Below are positions 52,835-62,262 of a DNA stretch of 64,000 nt, piece after piece. The notes below the pieces were generated by a model. The model ran no database searches. It had not been told where the DNA came from and saw only the letters and a list, made by a program, of their open reading frames with translations. The stretch lies in assembly GCA_963701075.1 (NCBI GenBank), contig OY969559.1:608001-672000 (forward strand), written 5' to 3'. The DNA comes from an uncultured Nitrososphaerota archaeon. GTDB lineage: Archaea; Thermoproteota; Nitrososphaeria; Nitrososphaerales; Nitrosopumilaceae. The position numbers and the translations under genes are program-made. How positions within the stretch are numbered: the stretch's first letter is position 1; every line of letters starts with the position of its first letter.

Positions 52835-54093
52835 TTATATAGTGATTATTTCTCCTGCGTCAGGTGCATGGGCATCAAAGCCAAATTTTTGATGTATTTC
52901 TTCAGCAAATTTTGTACATGATTCGTTATCACCATGAATGGTGAGAACCTTTGGATTTCCTTTGATTTTTTTTATAAAGTCAAAAAGAGCTGTTCTGTCA
53001 GCGTGACCAGAAAATTCAAACTGTCTTACCTCTGACTCTGCCTTGAAATCCTTACCTCTAATGTTCACACGACCTGTTTCCAAAAGTTTTCTTCCAGGAG
53101 TTCTTTCTCCCTGGTAAGAGACTAATGCTATACCGTTTTTCTTGTCAAGAGCTGAGATTTTGTAAATAAAACACGGCAGAACCTCCAACTAACATGCCAG
53201 CAGGAGAGATTATTACTGCTGGTTCATCTAACATACTTTTTCTTTCCCTTTCTCCTCTTACCCAAACTGCATGATTCACAGAATCAGCAAAAACCTTTGC
53301 ATCGCGTAGATACTCTGGATATCTTAACATTATTTCATTTACCTTTACAGCCATGCCATCCATGATTACTTTATGTTTGAATTTAGCATTTTTTAATACC
53401 ACTGCTATTTCTTGTGATCTTTCAACAGAAAAGGCAGGTACAAAGAGTATCCCCTTTCTATCCAAAACTTCATACGCAAATTCAATGAATTTTTCTTCTG
53501 CTTCAAGACGTGGCATCTGATCTGTCTGTGAGTAAGTGCTTTCAGTGATTAACAAATCAATCTCCCCTAGATCAAGATCTGCCTCCCTTAACATACGCGA
53601 CCCTTTGGGGTTGATGTCTCCTGTATAGAATAATCTCTTGTTCTGCGACTCTACAAGAACAGAAGCTCCGCCTAGCACGTGACCAGATTCTAATCAGCTC
53701 AAAGGAGGCATTTCCACGAGTCACCTTTTCTCTATATCCAATTTCCTTTGAATGCATCATCATTTTGGACACATCAGACAGGTCAAAAGGAAGCTTACTT
53801 TTTTCAAGTCTTACCATGTCCTCTATCAACAATCTTGAAAGGTCAAAAGTTGGGGGTGTTGCATAGACATCCGTGCTACCCTGCACAAAAAGTGAAGGCA
53901 TGTTGCCTGAGTGATCCAGGTGGGCATGGGTTATGATGGCAGCGTTAATTTCATGTGGGCTTATTTGCAGAGGGTAAGACGATTCCTTTCCTAACTCTAC
54001 CCCGTAATCTAACAAGAAACTTACTCCATCACAATTAACTTGAAAGGCGGATCTGCCTACTTCTTTTGCTGCACCTAGGACTTTAACCTGCAA
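52835..54093 (-). CDS. MBL-fold beta-CASP ribonuclease; two apparent +1 frameshifts at 53150-53154 and 53695-53699
   Basis: GAAKEVGRS, THAHLDH, (S)GHVLG, YTGD, ESTY, FSGHAD, IHGD across three ORF fragments. Confidence 0.92.
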
Positions 54094-54212
54094 GAATTGA
54101 AAATCTTTTCAGAGTACCTTTAAACGTTTAGCGTTTGGAAAAACCAAACGTCGTTATATTGCTTGTATAATTTACAAAAGACTTAATTATATGAATCCAA
54201 ATTGATCTGAAT

Positions 54213-54434
54213 ATGGGTAGAACCTTTGAACAATGGTGGAGTACCATCCCAAAAGATCTTCGAGACAAAGTTCGAAGAGGCGATGAGGGTAACAAACCAT
54301 TATTAAACCAGATAAATTGGATTTGGGTTCATAACATGATGAATCAAAAAGGCGATCTAAATCCTACATCTGCAGAATTGCTCGACTGGGTAACATCAGG
54401 CCAGATTGAGGCAATGCGCCAAATAAAGAAGTAA
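54213..54434 (+). CDS. Small hypothetical protein
   Basis: 73-aa ATG ORF with TATA-like sequence upstream and T-rich tract downstream. Confidence 0.75.
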   Translation: MGRTFEQWWSTIPKDLRDKVRRGDEGNKPLLNQINWIWVHNMMNQKGDLNPTSAELLDWVTSGQIEAMRQIKK

Positions 54435-54554
54435 AAATTTCAATTATACTTTCTTTTTGTTTTTATTTATTCTGCAATCGTGAAATGATTCTATAACTCC
54501 GTTATGAATTTTGCAGATAGTTTAAATAGCAAACGATAGATGATCAAAATCAGA

Positions 54555-54857
54555 ATGCCAATAGCAATCATTCCAGACATCGATGAACAGAGATGTATAG
54601 GCTGTGCGCTTTGCGTAGAGATCTGTACTTCTCTCGGCCCGGACGTTCTTCGTGTAAAGCCTGTTGAAGGCTGGAAGAGAGGTAAAGCATTTGTGTTCTA
54701 TCCAGAGAGATGTATCTCAGACGGTGCATGCATAGGTGTATGCCCAACAAAAGCAATCTTCTGGATGAGACCAATGACTTACACACCTGGTCAACCAGTC
54801 CCTCTCCACAAGAATGGTATCTTCGTAAAAGGCTGGGCAGAAGACGCTGCACTATAA
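54555..54857 (+). CDS. 4Fe-4S dicluster ferredoxin
   Basis: CIGCALCVEIC and CISDGACIGVCP (Asp in place of one Cys). Confidence 0.92.
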   Translation: MPIAIIPDIDEQRCIGCALCVEICTSLGPDVLRVKPVEGWKRGKAFVFYPERCISDGACIGVCPTKAIFWMRPMTYTPGQPVPLHKNGIFVKGWAEDAAL

Positions 54858-54881
54858 ACGAAACCGTTCTTCCATTTTTTC

Positions 54882-56396
54882 TTATTTTTTAAAATTGAAA
54901 AATCTGATCTTCTTTTTTGTTAGTTTTGCATGATACTTTAGAAAGTCATCATTTGCAGCGTAGATTGTTTTGAATTTGTTTTGTTTAAGAAATATGTTCC
55001 AAGTCTTAGCAAATTCAGAAAACTCATCTTTGCTGTCTTGAGAATCAGACATTACATAATGTGCCGCAGGATAAACGTCTGAAAGTTCTAGAGGTATTAT
55101 TCCTAGATATGGGTTGTACTGACAGAACTGAGTGTGTTCTGCAATACTTGCAAATCTCTTTTTTAATTTGTTATATTCTCTTGATAGGTAAAATGGCCTC
55201 ATGGTACCATCTGGAATAATTACAAGATTTTTCTTACTAGTCTTAAATTTCCTCACCATGCTATGAAATCTAGATACCTCTGGTCTAAACTGGTCCTCCC
55301 TTGAAAACAAGAATATCGCATTTTCTTTGAATCTGGGTGTGCTTCCGATGAGAAACGGGGTGTTTGAAGTGAGGACTGATATGATTTCAAAGAGTTTTGG
55401 ATGTGCACGTGCTTTCTTTAGTACGTATTCCCATAATCGCCCTTCATGGATGCATTCCTTAACCCTGTCAACCTCGGCCTTTATGGAATAAAGATTGTGT
55501 AAAGCAACACTGTTTATTTTTTCGTCTCTAGGAAGTAACTGGAGCTCCTTTGGTTTGTATTTACCACATATTTCACAAGTACAAGAAAAATACGATATCT
55601 CGTTAAGATGAGCAGTACCATCTTCCATGATATATCTATCATGTTTTGCATAGAGCATGTAGGAGGCAGAATCAAAGGTATCACAGCCAAGAGCCACGGC
55701 TAGCGGGATTGTAAGGGGGTGACCTGCGCCAAAGAGATGAAGCGGAATGGAATCAGGTATCTCTTTTTTTGCAGTAATTATCATTCTTGCCAAAAGTTTG
55801 TATTCGTATGATTCCATGAATTCGACTGGACTTCCTAGTGCCAGCATTTGAAAACCATATTTTACCAAAGCCCTAGTTGATTCTTTAACTAGATCCGAAT
55901 ACTCGCTTCCTTGTATTGGTCCTATCCATATCTGTCCATTGTCATCTCTTGTCTCAAGAGTCTCTTTTGATACCTTTAGTGTGTGATTGACATATTCTCT
56001 TGCTTTCTTCTTTGATAAACCAAAACCTGTTGGTTTGTCTAGTGGAATGGCAAAATCTGTTGCAATTCCTTTTTCAAATGAAGCCATAATTTTGTAATTT
56101 GTATCTATGTCGCCATATTCTAGAACTTGGTATCCTCCTGAATCTGTCATCACTGCACCATCATAGTCAATTATTTTGTGGATTCCTTTTCTTATGGCAT
56201 CATCACCATGTTGTTTTAGTGTGATAAACGCATTTGTTATAACAAGATCAAAACCCATCTCTCGTATTTTTTTTGTAGGTATTGATTGTCGTACTGGGTG
56301 AATTACTGGCACGTATGCTGGAGTCTCAATCTTGCCGTGATTAGTGTGCAGTATTCCTATTCTTCCTGCTAGATCAGATTTTTTTATCTCAAACAT
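54882..56396 (-). CDS. tgtA: Archaeosine tRNA-guanine(15) transglycosylase
   Basis: ETPAYVPV, MTDSGGYQ, HLFGAGHP, FDSASY, CTCEIC...HNL. Confidence 0.95.
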   Translation of the reverse strand: MFEIKKSDLAGRIGILHTNHGKIETPAYVPVIHPVRQSIPTKKIREMGFDLVITNAFITLKQHGDDAIRKGIHKIIDYDGAVMTDSGGYQVLEYGDIDTNYKIMASFEKGIATDFAIPLDKPTGFGLSKKKAREYVNHTLKVSKETLETRDDNGQIWIGPIQGSEYSDLVKESTRALVKYGFQMLALGSPVEFMESYEYKLLARMIITAKKEIPDSIPLHLFGAGHPLTIPLAVALGCDTFDSASYMLYAKHDRYIMEDGTAHLNEISYFSCTCEICGKYKPKELQLLPRDEKINSVALHNLYSIKAEVDRVKECIHEGRLWEYVLKKARAHPKLFEIISVLTSNTPFLIGSTPRFKENAIFLFSREDQFRPEVSRFHSMVRKFKTSKKNLVIIPDGTMRPFYLSREYNKLKKRFASIAEHTQFCQYNPYLGIIPLELSDVYPAAHYVMSDSQDSKDEFSEFAKTWNIFLKQNKFKTIYAANDDFLKYHAKLTKKKIRFFNFKK

Positions 56397-56430
56397 TTCA
56401 TATCTTAATTTAACACAACGTAATTTGAAT

Positions 56431-56985
56431 CTAGTACGGAAAAAATCTCTTCAGGTCTCTCTTTTCTGAAACCATTTTTAACCAATCAACACTGTCTTCC
56501 TTTGCTTTGCCTTTTACAAAAAGAGATTCAATTTTCTTTACTGTGCTGGATACCGATTTGTTAGTAGTATCAAATTGGAAAGTTTTCTTGCGTCCTACAT
56601 TTTTTATTGTGTCATAGTATGTAATTCCTATTATCTCACTACCCAAATTTTCAAGCATTTTTTTCTTGTCATAACCTCTTTTCTTGTAAACTCCCTCCAA
56701 GTTGTATGGATTACGCCTTAATACGACCGCAATCTCTATCTTATTTTTTGAAACAATGTAGGGAGCTAAATGCCCAACAAGCAATGCATTCTTTGGTATT
56801 TTCTTGTCTAAAACCTTCTTTAGTTTTCGAACATCTACATCTAATACATGGCCATTATTTTCAGCCATGCCTTCATTTACTGCCATTTTATTTACATCAA
56901 TTAGTTCCAACTCTAGCTTTCTTGCAAGTATTCTTGCCACCGTGTGTTTTCCTGTTCCAGGATTTCCTGTTATTATTTTCAACAA
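56431..56985 (-). CDS. AK6/Fap7-type adenylate kinase
   Basis: ITGNPGTGKHT, VGHLA, RGY...ENLGSE. Confidence 0.88.
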   Translation of the reverse strand: MLKIITGNPGTGKHTVARILARKLELELIDVNKMAVNEGMAENNGHVLDVDVRKLKKVLDKKIPKNALLVGHLAPYIVSKNKIEIAVVLRRNPYNLEGVYKKRGYDKKKMLENLGSEIIGITYYDTIKNVGRKKTFQFDTTNKSVSSTVKKIESLFVKGKAKEDSVDWLKMVSEKRDLKRFFPY

Positions 56986-57055
56986 ACATGTTGAAGGATG
57001 AATTCAATTAAACACTTCTGCAATACTAATAAGAGTAGACCTTGAACTGATTTTC

Positions 57056-58246
57056 ATGCAGATCGGGTTATTGGGAAAAACTAATGTCGGAAAATCAACA
57101 TTCTTCTCAGCTGCAACTCAAACCACCGCACAGATTGGAAATTACCCCTTTACTACAATTGAGCCTAATGTCGGTATTGCTTATGTTAAAACTGAATGTG
57201 CGTGCAAACATTTTGGGATAAATCATGTTCATCAATTATGTGTAAAAGGAACTAGATTTATCCCTGTGAAACTAATCGATGTGGCAGGTCTTGTTCCTGG
57301 CGCTCATGAGGGAAAAGGGCTAGGAAATAAATTTCTAGATGATGCAAGACAGGCAGAAGTACTGATCCATGTAGTAGATGCATCAGGGTCAACAGACATT
57401 CAAGGCCAACCTGTTCCATCTGGAACTCATGATCCACTCGAAGATGTGCAGTTTGTAGAAGAAGAATTTGATCAATGGATGAAGCAAATACTTCAGAGGG
57501 AATGGCACAAGTTGACACGAGAGCTAGAAAGCAAGAGTGGAAAAGTCATTCATGCTATTACTCAAAGATTCAGCGGCCTTGGAATTGTAGAGTATGATGT
57601 GGAAGTTGTCTTACATCATTTGAATTTACAAATAAAAAAGCCGCTAGATTGGGATGAAAATGATATTCTTTCATTTGTAAAGGAATTGAGGAAGAGGACC
57701 AAACCGATTATAATCGCTGCCAACAAATCTGATCTCTGCCATGATCTTGGCATATTGGATGAATTAAAAAAAATACATAATACAATAGCGTGTAGTGCAG
57801 AGACTGAACTATTGTTAAGAAAAGCTGCAAAAGGTGGTCTTGTGGATTATCTTCCAGGAGAAAAAGACTTTAAAATAAAAGGAACGAATCTAAGCCCACA
57901 ACAACAAAAAGCATTAGACTTGGCTCAAAAGGTGTTGTCTAAGATTGGAGGTACTGGCATTCAACAAATACTGGATTCTGCTTGTTTTGATCTTTTAAAA
58001 TTGATTACAGTCTTTCCAGTAGAAGATGAATCAAAACTGTCAAACAAGAATGGGGAGATCTTACCAGATGCACGATTACTTCCGGCAGGATCCACTGCAA
58101 GAGATCTTGCTAGGATTGTTCATGAAGATCTGGCAAAAGGATTCCTTTATGCAGTAGACGCCAAGACAAAACAACGAGTAGGCGCAGAGCATCAATTAAA
58201 AAATGGAGACGTGTTGAAAATAATGTCAACTCTAAGTCGAGGATAA
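57056..58246 (+). CDS. ychF: YchF/Ola1-family P-loop NTPase with TGS domain
   Basis: GKTNVGKST, NYPFTTIEPN, DVAGLVPGAHEGKGLGNKFL, ANKSD. Confidence 0.94.
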   Translation: MQIGLLGKTNVGKSTFFSAATQTTAQIGNYPFTTIEPNVGIAYVKTECACKHFGINHVHQLCVKGTRFIPVKLIDVAGLVPGAHEGKGLGNKFLDDARQAEVLIHVVDASGSTDIQGQPVPSGTHDPLEDVQFVEEEFDQWMKQILQREWHKLTRELESKSGKVIHAITQRFSGLGIVEYDVEVVLHHLNLQIKKPLDWDENDILSFVKELRKRTKPIIIAANKSDLCHDLGILDELKKIHNTIACSAETELLLRKAAKGGLVDYLPGEKDFKIKGTNLSPQQQKALDLAQKVLSKIGGTGIQQILDSACFDLLKLITVFPVEDESKLSNKNGEILPDARLLPAGSTARDLARIVHEDLAKGFLYAVDAKTKQRVGAEHQLKNGDVLKIMSTLSRG

Positions 58247-58247
58247 T

Positions 58248-59231
58248 ATGCTCTGTCTGGGAATCGAAAGTACCGCTCACACCTTTTCGTGTGCCATTAT
58301 TGAGAAAAGAAGCAAAAATGGAAGGATTCTATCAGATGTCAGAAAAATATACAGACCGCCTGAAGGTGAAGGAATACACCCACGAGAAGCATCTCGTCAT
58401 CATGCTGAAAACTCTCCTCAGGTACTCTCAGAATGTCTGGAAAAAGCTGGTGTAAAAATAACTGAACTTGATCTAGTCTCATATGCTGCAGGTCCAGGTC
58501 TTGGTCCCTGTCTTAGAATTGGTGCCGTCGTAGCAAGATCTCTTTCTTCATACTATGATATACCGGTATATCCTGTAAATCACGCACTTGGCCATATTGA
58601 ATTAGGCAAGATGCTTACTGGTGCAAAAGATCCTCTGGTTTTACTTGTATCAGGGGGTCATACTATGATTCTTGCATTTCTAGGTAAGAAATGGCGGGTA
58701 TTTGGTGAAACGCTAGACATAACGTTGGGGCAATTGTTAGATCAAATTGGAAGACATGCTGGATTTGCATCACCTTGCGGTACAAAAATCGAGGAACTTG
58801 CATCCAAGTCGTCTAATTACGAACCTCTGCCATATGTAGTCAAAGGAAACGACGTATCTTTTTCAGGTCTTCTTTCTGCCACAAAAAGAATAATTCCAAA
58901 AGGGCTCGAGACTGCATGTTTTTCATTGCAAGAAACAGCATTTTCAATGATAGGAGAGGCTGTAGAGAGAGCTTTATCATTTACAGGAAAGAAAGAATTT
59001 CTAGTAGTGGGCGGCGTAGCAGCCAACAAAAGGTTATCAGAAATTCTTCAAAGCATATGTAAGAGACATGATTGTAAATTCTTTGTATCTCCAAAAGAAT
59101 ATTCTGGAGACTGCGGCTCTCAGATCTCTTGGGTCGGATTATTAGAATCATCAAAAAAGGCTGGTGCAAAGTTAGAAAATACATTTGTAAGACAATCGTG
59201 GAGATTAGATACTGTAGAGATACTTTATTGA
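58248..59231 (+). CDS. kae1: KEOPS t6A synthase Kae1
   Basis: GIESTAHT, GIHPREA, GPGLGPCL, VNHALGHIE, VSGGHT, GGVAAN. Confidence 0.96.
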   Translation: MLCLGIESTAHTFSCAIIEKRSKNGRILSDVRKIYRPPEGEGIHPREASRHHAENSPQVLSECLEKAGVKITELDLVSYAAGPGLGPCLRIGAVVARSLSSYYDIPVYPVNHALGHIELGKMLTGAKDPLVLLVSGGHTMILAFLGKKWRVFGETLDITLGQLLDQIGRHAGFASPCGTKIEELASKSSNYEPLPYVVKGNDVSFSGLLSATKRIIPKGLETACFSLQETAFSMIGEAVERALSFTGKKEFLVVGGVAANKRLSEILQSICKRHDCKFFVSPKEYSGDCGSQISWVGLLESSKKAGAKLENTFVRQSWRLDTVEILY

Positions 59232-59551
59232 TCTTTGTAATTAGAAATAGCCTCTTGCATTGTCTTTTCCCATTTTCCATTGTTGAAGACACCAAATTTG
59301 TACGTTTTCTCCCCTTCATTAGTTTTGATTTTAATTCGAAGTTTTTTGATAAGTCTTCCTTCTTTTGCCACTTCAACTATGTCGTTGAGTCTAGCTTCTA
59401 TCACGGTCTCACCAAACTTTTTAGAAAAATCCATAATTCGACCTTCTGTTTTGTCAAAAGCTATTCTCATGTTAGTAAGAGTAAGAATGCCTATGCCTAC
59501 TGTATCCTCTGAACAGTCTTCTTGCATGATTTTTTTTTCGTTTGGTTCCAT
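59225..59551 (-). CDS. Small PH/GRAM-like hypothetical protein
   Basis: GILTLTNMRIAF motif typical of prokaryotic PH-like domains, C-terminal W helix. Confidence 0.65.
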   Translation of the reverse strand: MEPNEKKIMQEDCSEDTVGIGILTLTNMRIAFDKTEGRIMDFSKKFGETVIEARLNDIVEVAKEGRLIKKLRIKIKTNEGEKTYKFGVFNNGKWEKTMQEAISNYKDQ

Positions 59552-59718
59552 GAAATCTTTTTTTTATTGTATGTTATAACTGTATATAACATAGTCATTA
59601 ATTCAGAGTCATTGATTTCAAGTTTGTATTTATTACCAGTGTTGTTGTATGAGTAAAATATTGGTAATGTAAGTAACTCTTCTAACATAATTGTAACTTA
59701 AATTATGTGATATAACAC

Positions 59719-60348
59719 TTGGTAATATTGAGATTAATGAAAAAGGGCGCAGAGGCTGATATTTACATAACAACATGGAATGGCAGAAAATCCATTCTCA
59801 AAATTAGAAAAAGAAAAGAATATCGAAATGAAATTCTTGATAATAGAATTCGTACACTGAGAACTATTAGGGAAGCAAAGATGATTTCAGAAGTAAAATC
59901 ATTCGGAGTCACTACCCCGCTTGTCTATTTTGTGGATCAAAATAAATTCGAAATATACTTGCAGTTTGTACTAGGAAAATTAGTGAGAGATTTGCCAAAT
60001 AAAATTATGATAAAAACATGTGAAAAAATTGGAAAAATAATAGGAATTTTGCACAAGAATGGTATAATGCATGGAGATGTTACCACATCGAATTTCATAC
60101 TAACATCTGACGAATTGGTAGTCTTAGATTTTGGGCTTGCCCAGAGAACTGAAAAAATAGAGGATCACGCCATTGATCTTAGGTTGTTCAAAGAGGTACT
60201 AAACAGCGCACATGTTGCAATCGTAAATCCTGCATGGTCATCATTTTTGAGGGGATATGGCAAAATTGTAGGCAGTTCGAGGAAGGAAAAAGTCATCTCG
60301 CAGGTACTGAACATCGAGAAAAGGGGCAGGTATGCAAATGTCGTCTAG
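59719..60348 (+). CDS. bud32: KEOPS kinase/ATPase Bud32
   Basis: KGAEA, REAK, HGDVTTSN, DFGL, KRGRY; true start may be TTG 59728. Confidence 0.95.
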   Translation: MVILRLMKKGAEADIYITTWNGRKSILKIRKRKEYRNEILDNRIRTLRTIREAKMISEVKSFGVTTPLVYFVDQNKFEIYLQFVLGKLVRDLPNKIMIKTCEKIGKIIGILHKNGIMHGDVTTSNFILTSDELVVLDFGLAQRTEKIEDHAIDLRLFKEVLNSAHVAIVNPAWSSFLRGYGKIVGSSRKEKVISQVLNIEKRGRYANVV

Positions 60349-60901
60349 TATCTTTTTTGCCTCATCCAACGAAAACAAGTTTAAGGAAGCCCGTGCCATT
60401 TTGTCAGGATTTGGTATATCGCTAGAATTTTTCAAGTGTAACCTTCAGGAAATACAAACAAATAGTCTAGAAGAAGTGGCACAACACAAAGCTAGACAGG
60501 CATTTTCATTCTGCTCAAAACCAGTAATAATAGAAGATGATGGATTGTTTATTTCATCGCTGAAAGGCTTTCCTGGATTATATTCATCCTTCGCATTTGA
60601 TACTATTGGAAATGAGGGAATTCTAAGATTATTGTCAAAACAAAGAAGCGCGGCATTTAGATCTATTATCGCATACTGTGAAAAGGAAGAAGATGTTGTG
60701 TTATTTGGTGCCAACGTGCGTGGAAAAATATCTAAAAAAATACAAGGTAGCAAATGGGGGTTTGATCCAATATTTGTTCCAGAGGGACAAACTTTGACAT
60801 ATTCACAACTAAAGAATAAAAATATTATTTCGCATAGGTATTTGGCATTAAAAAAATTTGCTAATTGGTATCTACATAAGAAGAAATCCAGCGGTCAATA
60901 A
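60332..60901 (+). CDS. rdgB: Non-canonical purine NTP pyrophosphatase (RdgB/HAM1)
   Basis: SSNENK, EIQ, EDDGL, GFPG, WGFDPIF, KNIISHR. Confidence 0.94.
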   Translation: MQMSSSIFFASSNENKFKEARAILSGFGISLEFFKCNLQEIQTNSLEEVAQHKARQAFSFCSKPVIIEDDGLFISSLKGFPGLYSSFAFDTIGNEGILRLLSKQRSAAFRSIIAYCEKEEDVVLFGANVRGKISKKIQGSKWGFDPIFVPEGQTLTYSQLKNKNIISHRYLALKKFANWYLHKKKSSGQ

Positions 60902-61889
60902 ACCGCTTCTGATTCTGTAGTACTACAATTCTTGAAATTTCGCTTTCATCCATCACTGAATACGTCTCACCTTGTCTTATCAACGCATTAGCAAAGTGTC
61001 TTACTTCCGACATGTCCAACATATCGGAACGTTCTAGTCTGTTGGTTGAACGACCTATGTGCATGTAAGACTTTATCTCTATAAAGTGGGCATTTCCATG
61101 ATTGAATATCTTGGAATACTCTGGAATTAATTGGTCACTATCATTGTAGCCTCTGATCAAAGTAACACGAAGTACAGTTCTGGTATCCATCCTTGAGAGT
61201 ATCTCAATGCTGTCATTCCATCTTTCCCAAGCATCTTTGTATTTTGGTCTATTGACAAGTTGGAAAACCTCTTCATTAGGAGCATTTGTAGATAGATACA
61301 ACTGGGTTGGCAACGCATCCTCATCTTGCAATCTTTCAAGCATTTCAGGTTCTTGTCCATTTGTAACCAAAAACACAGATTTTGTTGCAGGAATCTGTTT
61401 GAGATATTTTATCAATTCAGGCAGTTGAGGGTACATTGTAGGTTCCCCTGAAAGTGATATTGCATAATGACTTGGAAGGAGTGATTCGTCAATTTTTTTC
61501 TTATCGCTTAGAACATCACCATAATGTCCCATTATCAGCCTCTCTCGCTCTTCCATCAAGTTTGAAAGTATGGTCTCAGGTGGAGCAACTTTCTCAGGCT
61601 GCATTTTCATTGCACTATAAAATTCCATTGGGCGCCAACAATATACACACCTATTCTCACAAAACATTCCGGCAGGTGAGAATTCCATACACCTGTGGGT
61701 TGAGATACCATAAAACTTGTGTTTGTAACAATCGCCTTCATTTCTAAACGACTTTTTTGTCCAATGGCACAGCTCTACTGTGCTATGATCAGACACTCCA
61801 TATTTTGCCTTTTTGAGTTGATTTAAAATCATAGGCTTTATCTGGATGAATTCGTTGTTTACCTCCACGGTTTCGCCAGAGCAGCTCAT
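60861..61889 (-). CDS. taw1: 4-demethylwyosine synthase (radical SAM)
   Basis: CHWTK, CYKHKFYGISTHRC, CENRCVYCWR, AISLSGEPT, VTNG. Confidence 0.95.
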   Translation of the reverse strand: MSCSGETVEVNNEFIQIKPMILNQLKKAKYGVSDHSTVELCHWTKKSFRNEGDCYKHKFYGISTHRCMEFSPAGMFCENRCVYCWRPMEFYSAMKMQPEKVAPPETILSNLMEERERLIMGHYGDVLSDKKKIDESLLPSHYAISLSGEPTMYPQLPELIKYLKQIPATKSVFLVTNGQEPEMLERLQDEDALPTQLYLSTNAPNEEVFQLVNRPKYKDAWERWNDSIEILSRMDTRTVLRVTLIRGYNDSDQLIPEYSKIFNHGNAHFIEIKSYMHIGRSTNRLERSDMLDMSEVRHFANALIRQGETYSVMDESEISRIVVLQNQKRFIDRWISSYVDTN

Positions 61890-61919
61890 GTCAAATATCT
61901 TACTTGGTTTTAATTAAAT

Positions 61920-62054
61920 CTACGTAGAGTTCAGCATTGAAACACATGGTGCGTTTTCCATAGGAGCACAAAGTATCTGTCCCAAATAGAGCATGCTATA
62001 GAAGATCACCGCTGCGGTGATTCCCATTGCGACATACCACATTCTAAACTTCAT
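61920..62054 (-). CDS. 44-aa single-TM microprotein
   Basis: Manual translation MKFRMWYVAMGITAAVIFYSMLYLGQILCAPMENAPCVSMLNST; TTTATTA 25-31 nt upstream. Confidence 0.55.
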   Translation of the reverse strand: MKFRMWYVAMGITAAVIFYSMLYLGQILCAPMENAPCVSMLNST

Positions 62055-62262
62055 ATTTGCGAATATTTTTTCTGTTAGTAATAAACTTACGGTTGATTGT
62101 CAGGCCAGATGAAGGCTAGGAGTTTTAAAAGGGTCAGTTGGAATCTCCAAGTTCTTTTTCAACTATGAAATGAATTGAAAATTTTAGCCATGTTTGGCAA
62201 TATTGGATGTAGGCATAAGAATCACAAAAACTATCTTATATGACATATTGGTAAACCGAATC

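Noticed and set aside
2529-54093. Mass pseudogenisation or programmed ribosomal frameshifting as the cause of the split genes
   Set aside because: Essential genes are hit, no other decay is visible, no slippery heptamers are required, and lesions follow a strand-symmetric DNA motif, which fits sequencing error at modified bases
59570-59593. Dyad with 6-bp spacer as a Xer/dif site
   Set aside because: Arms do not give the ATAA-N6-TTAT core of known dif sites, and the position over a promoter fits an operator better
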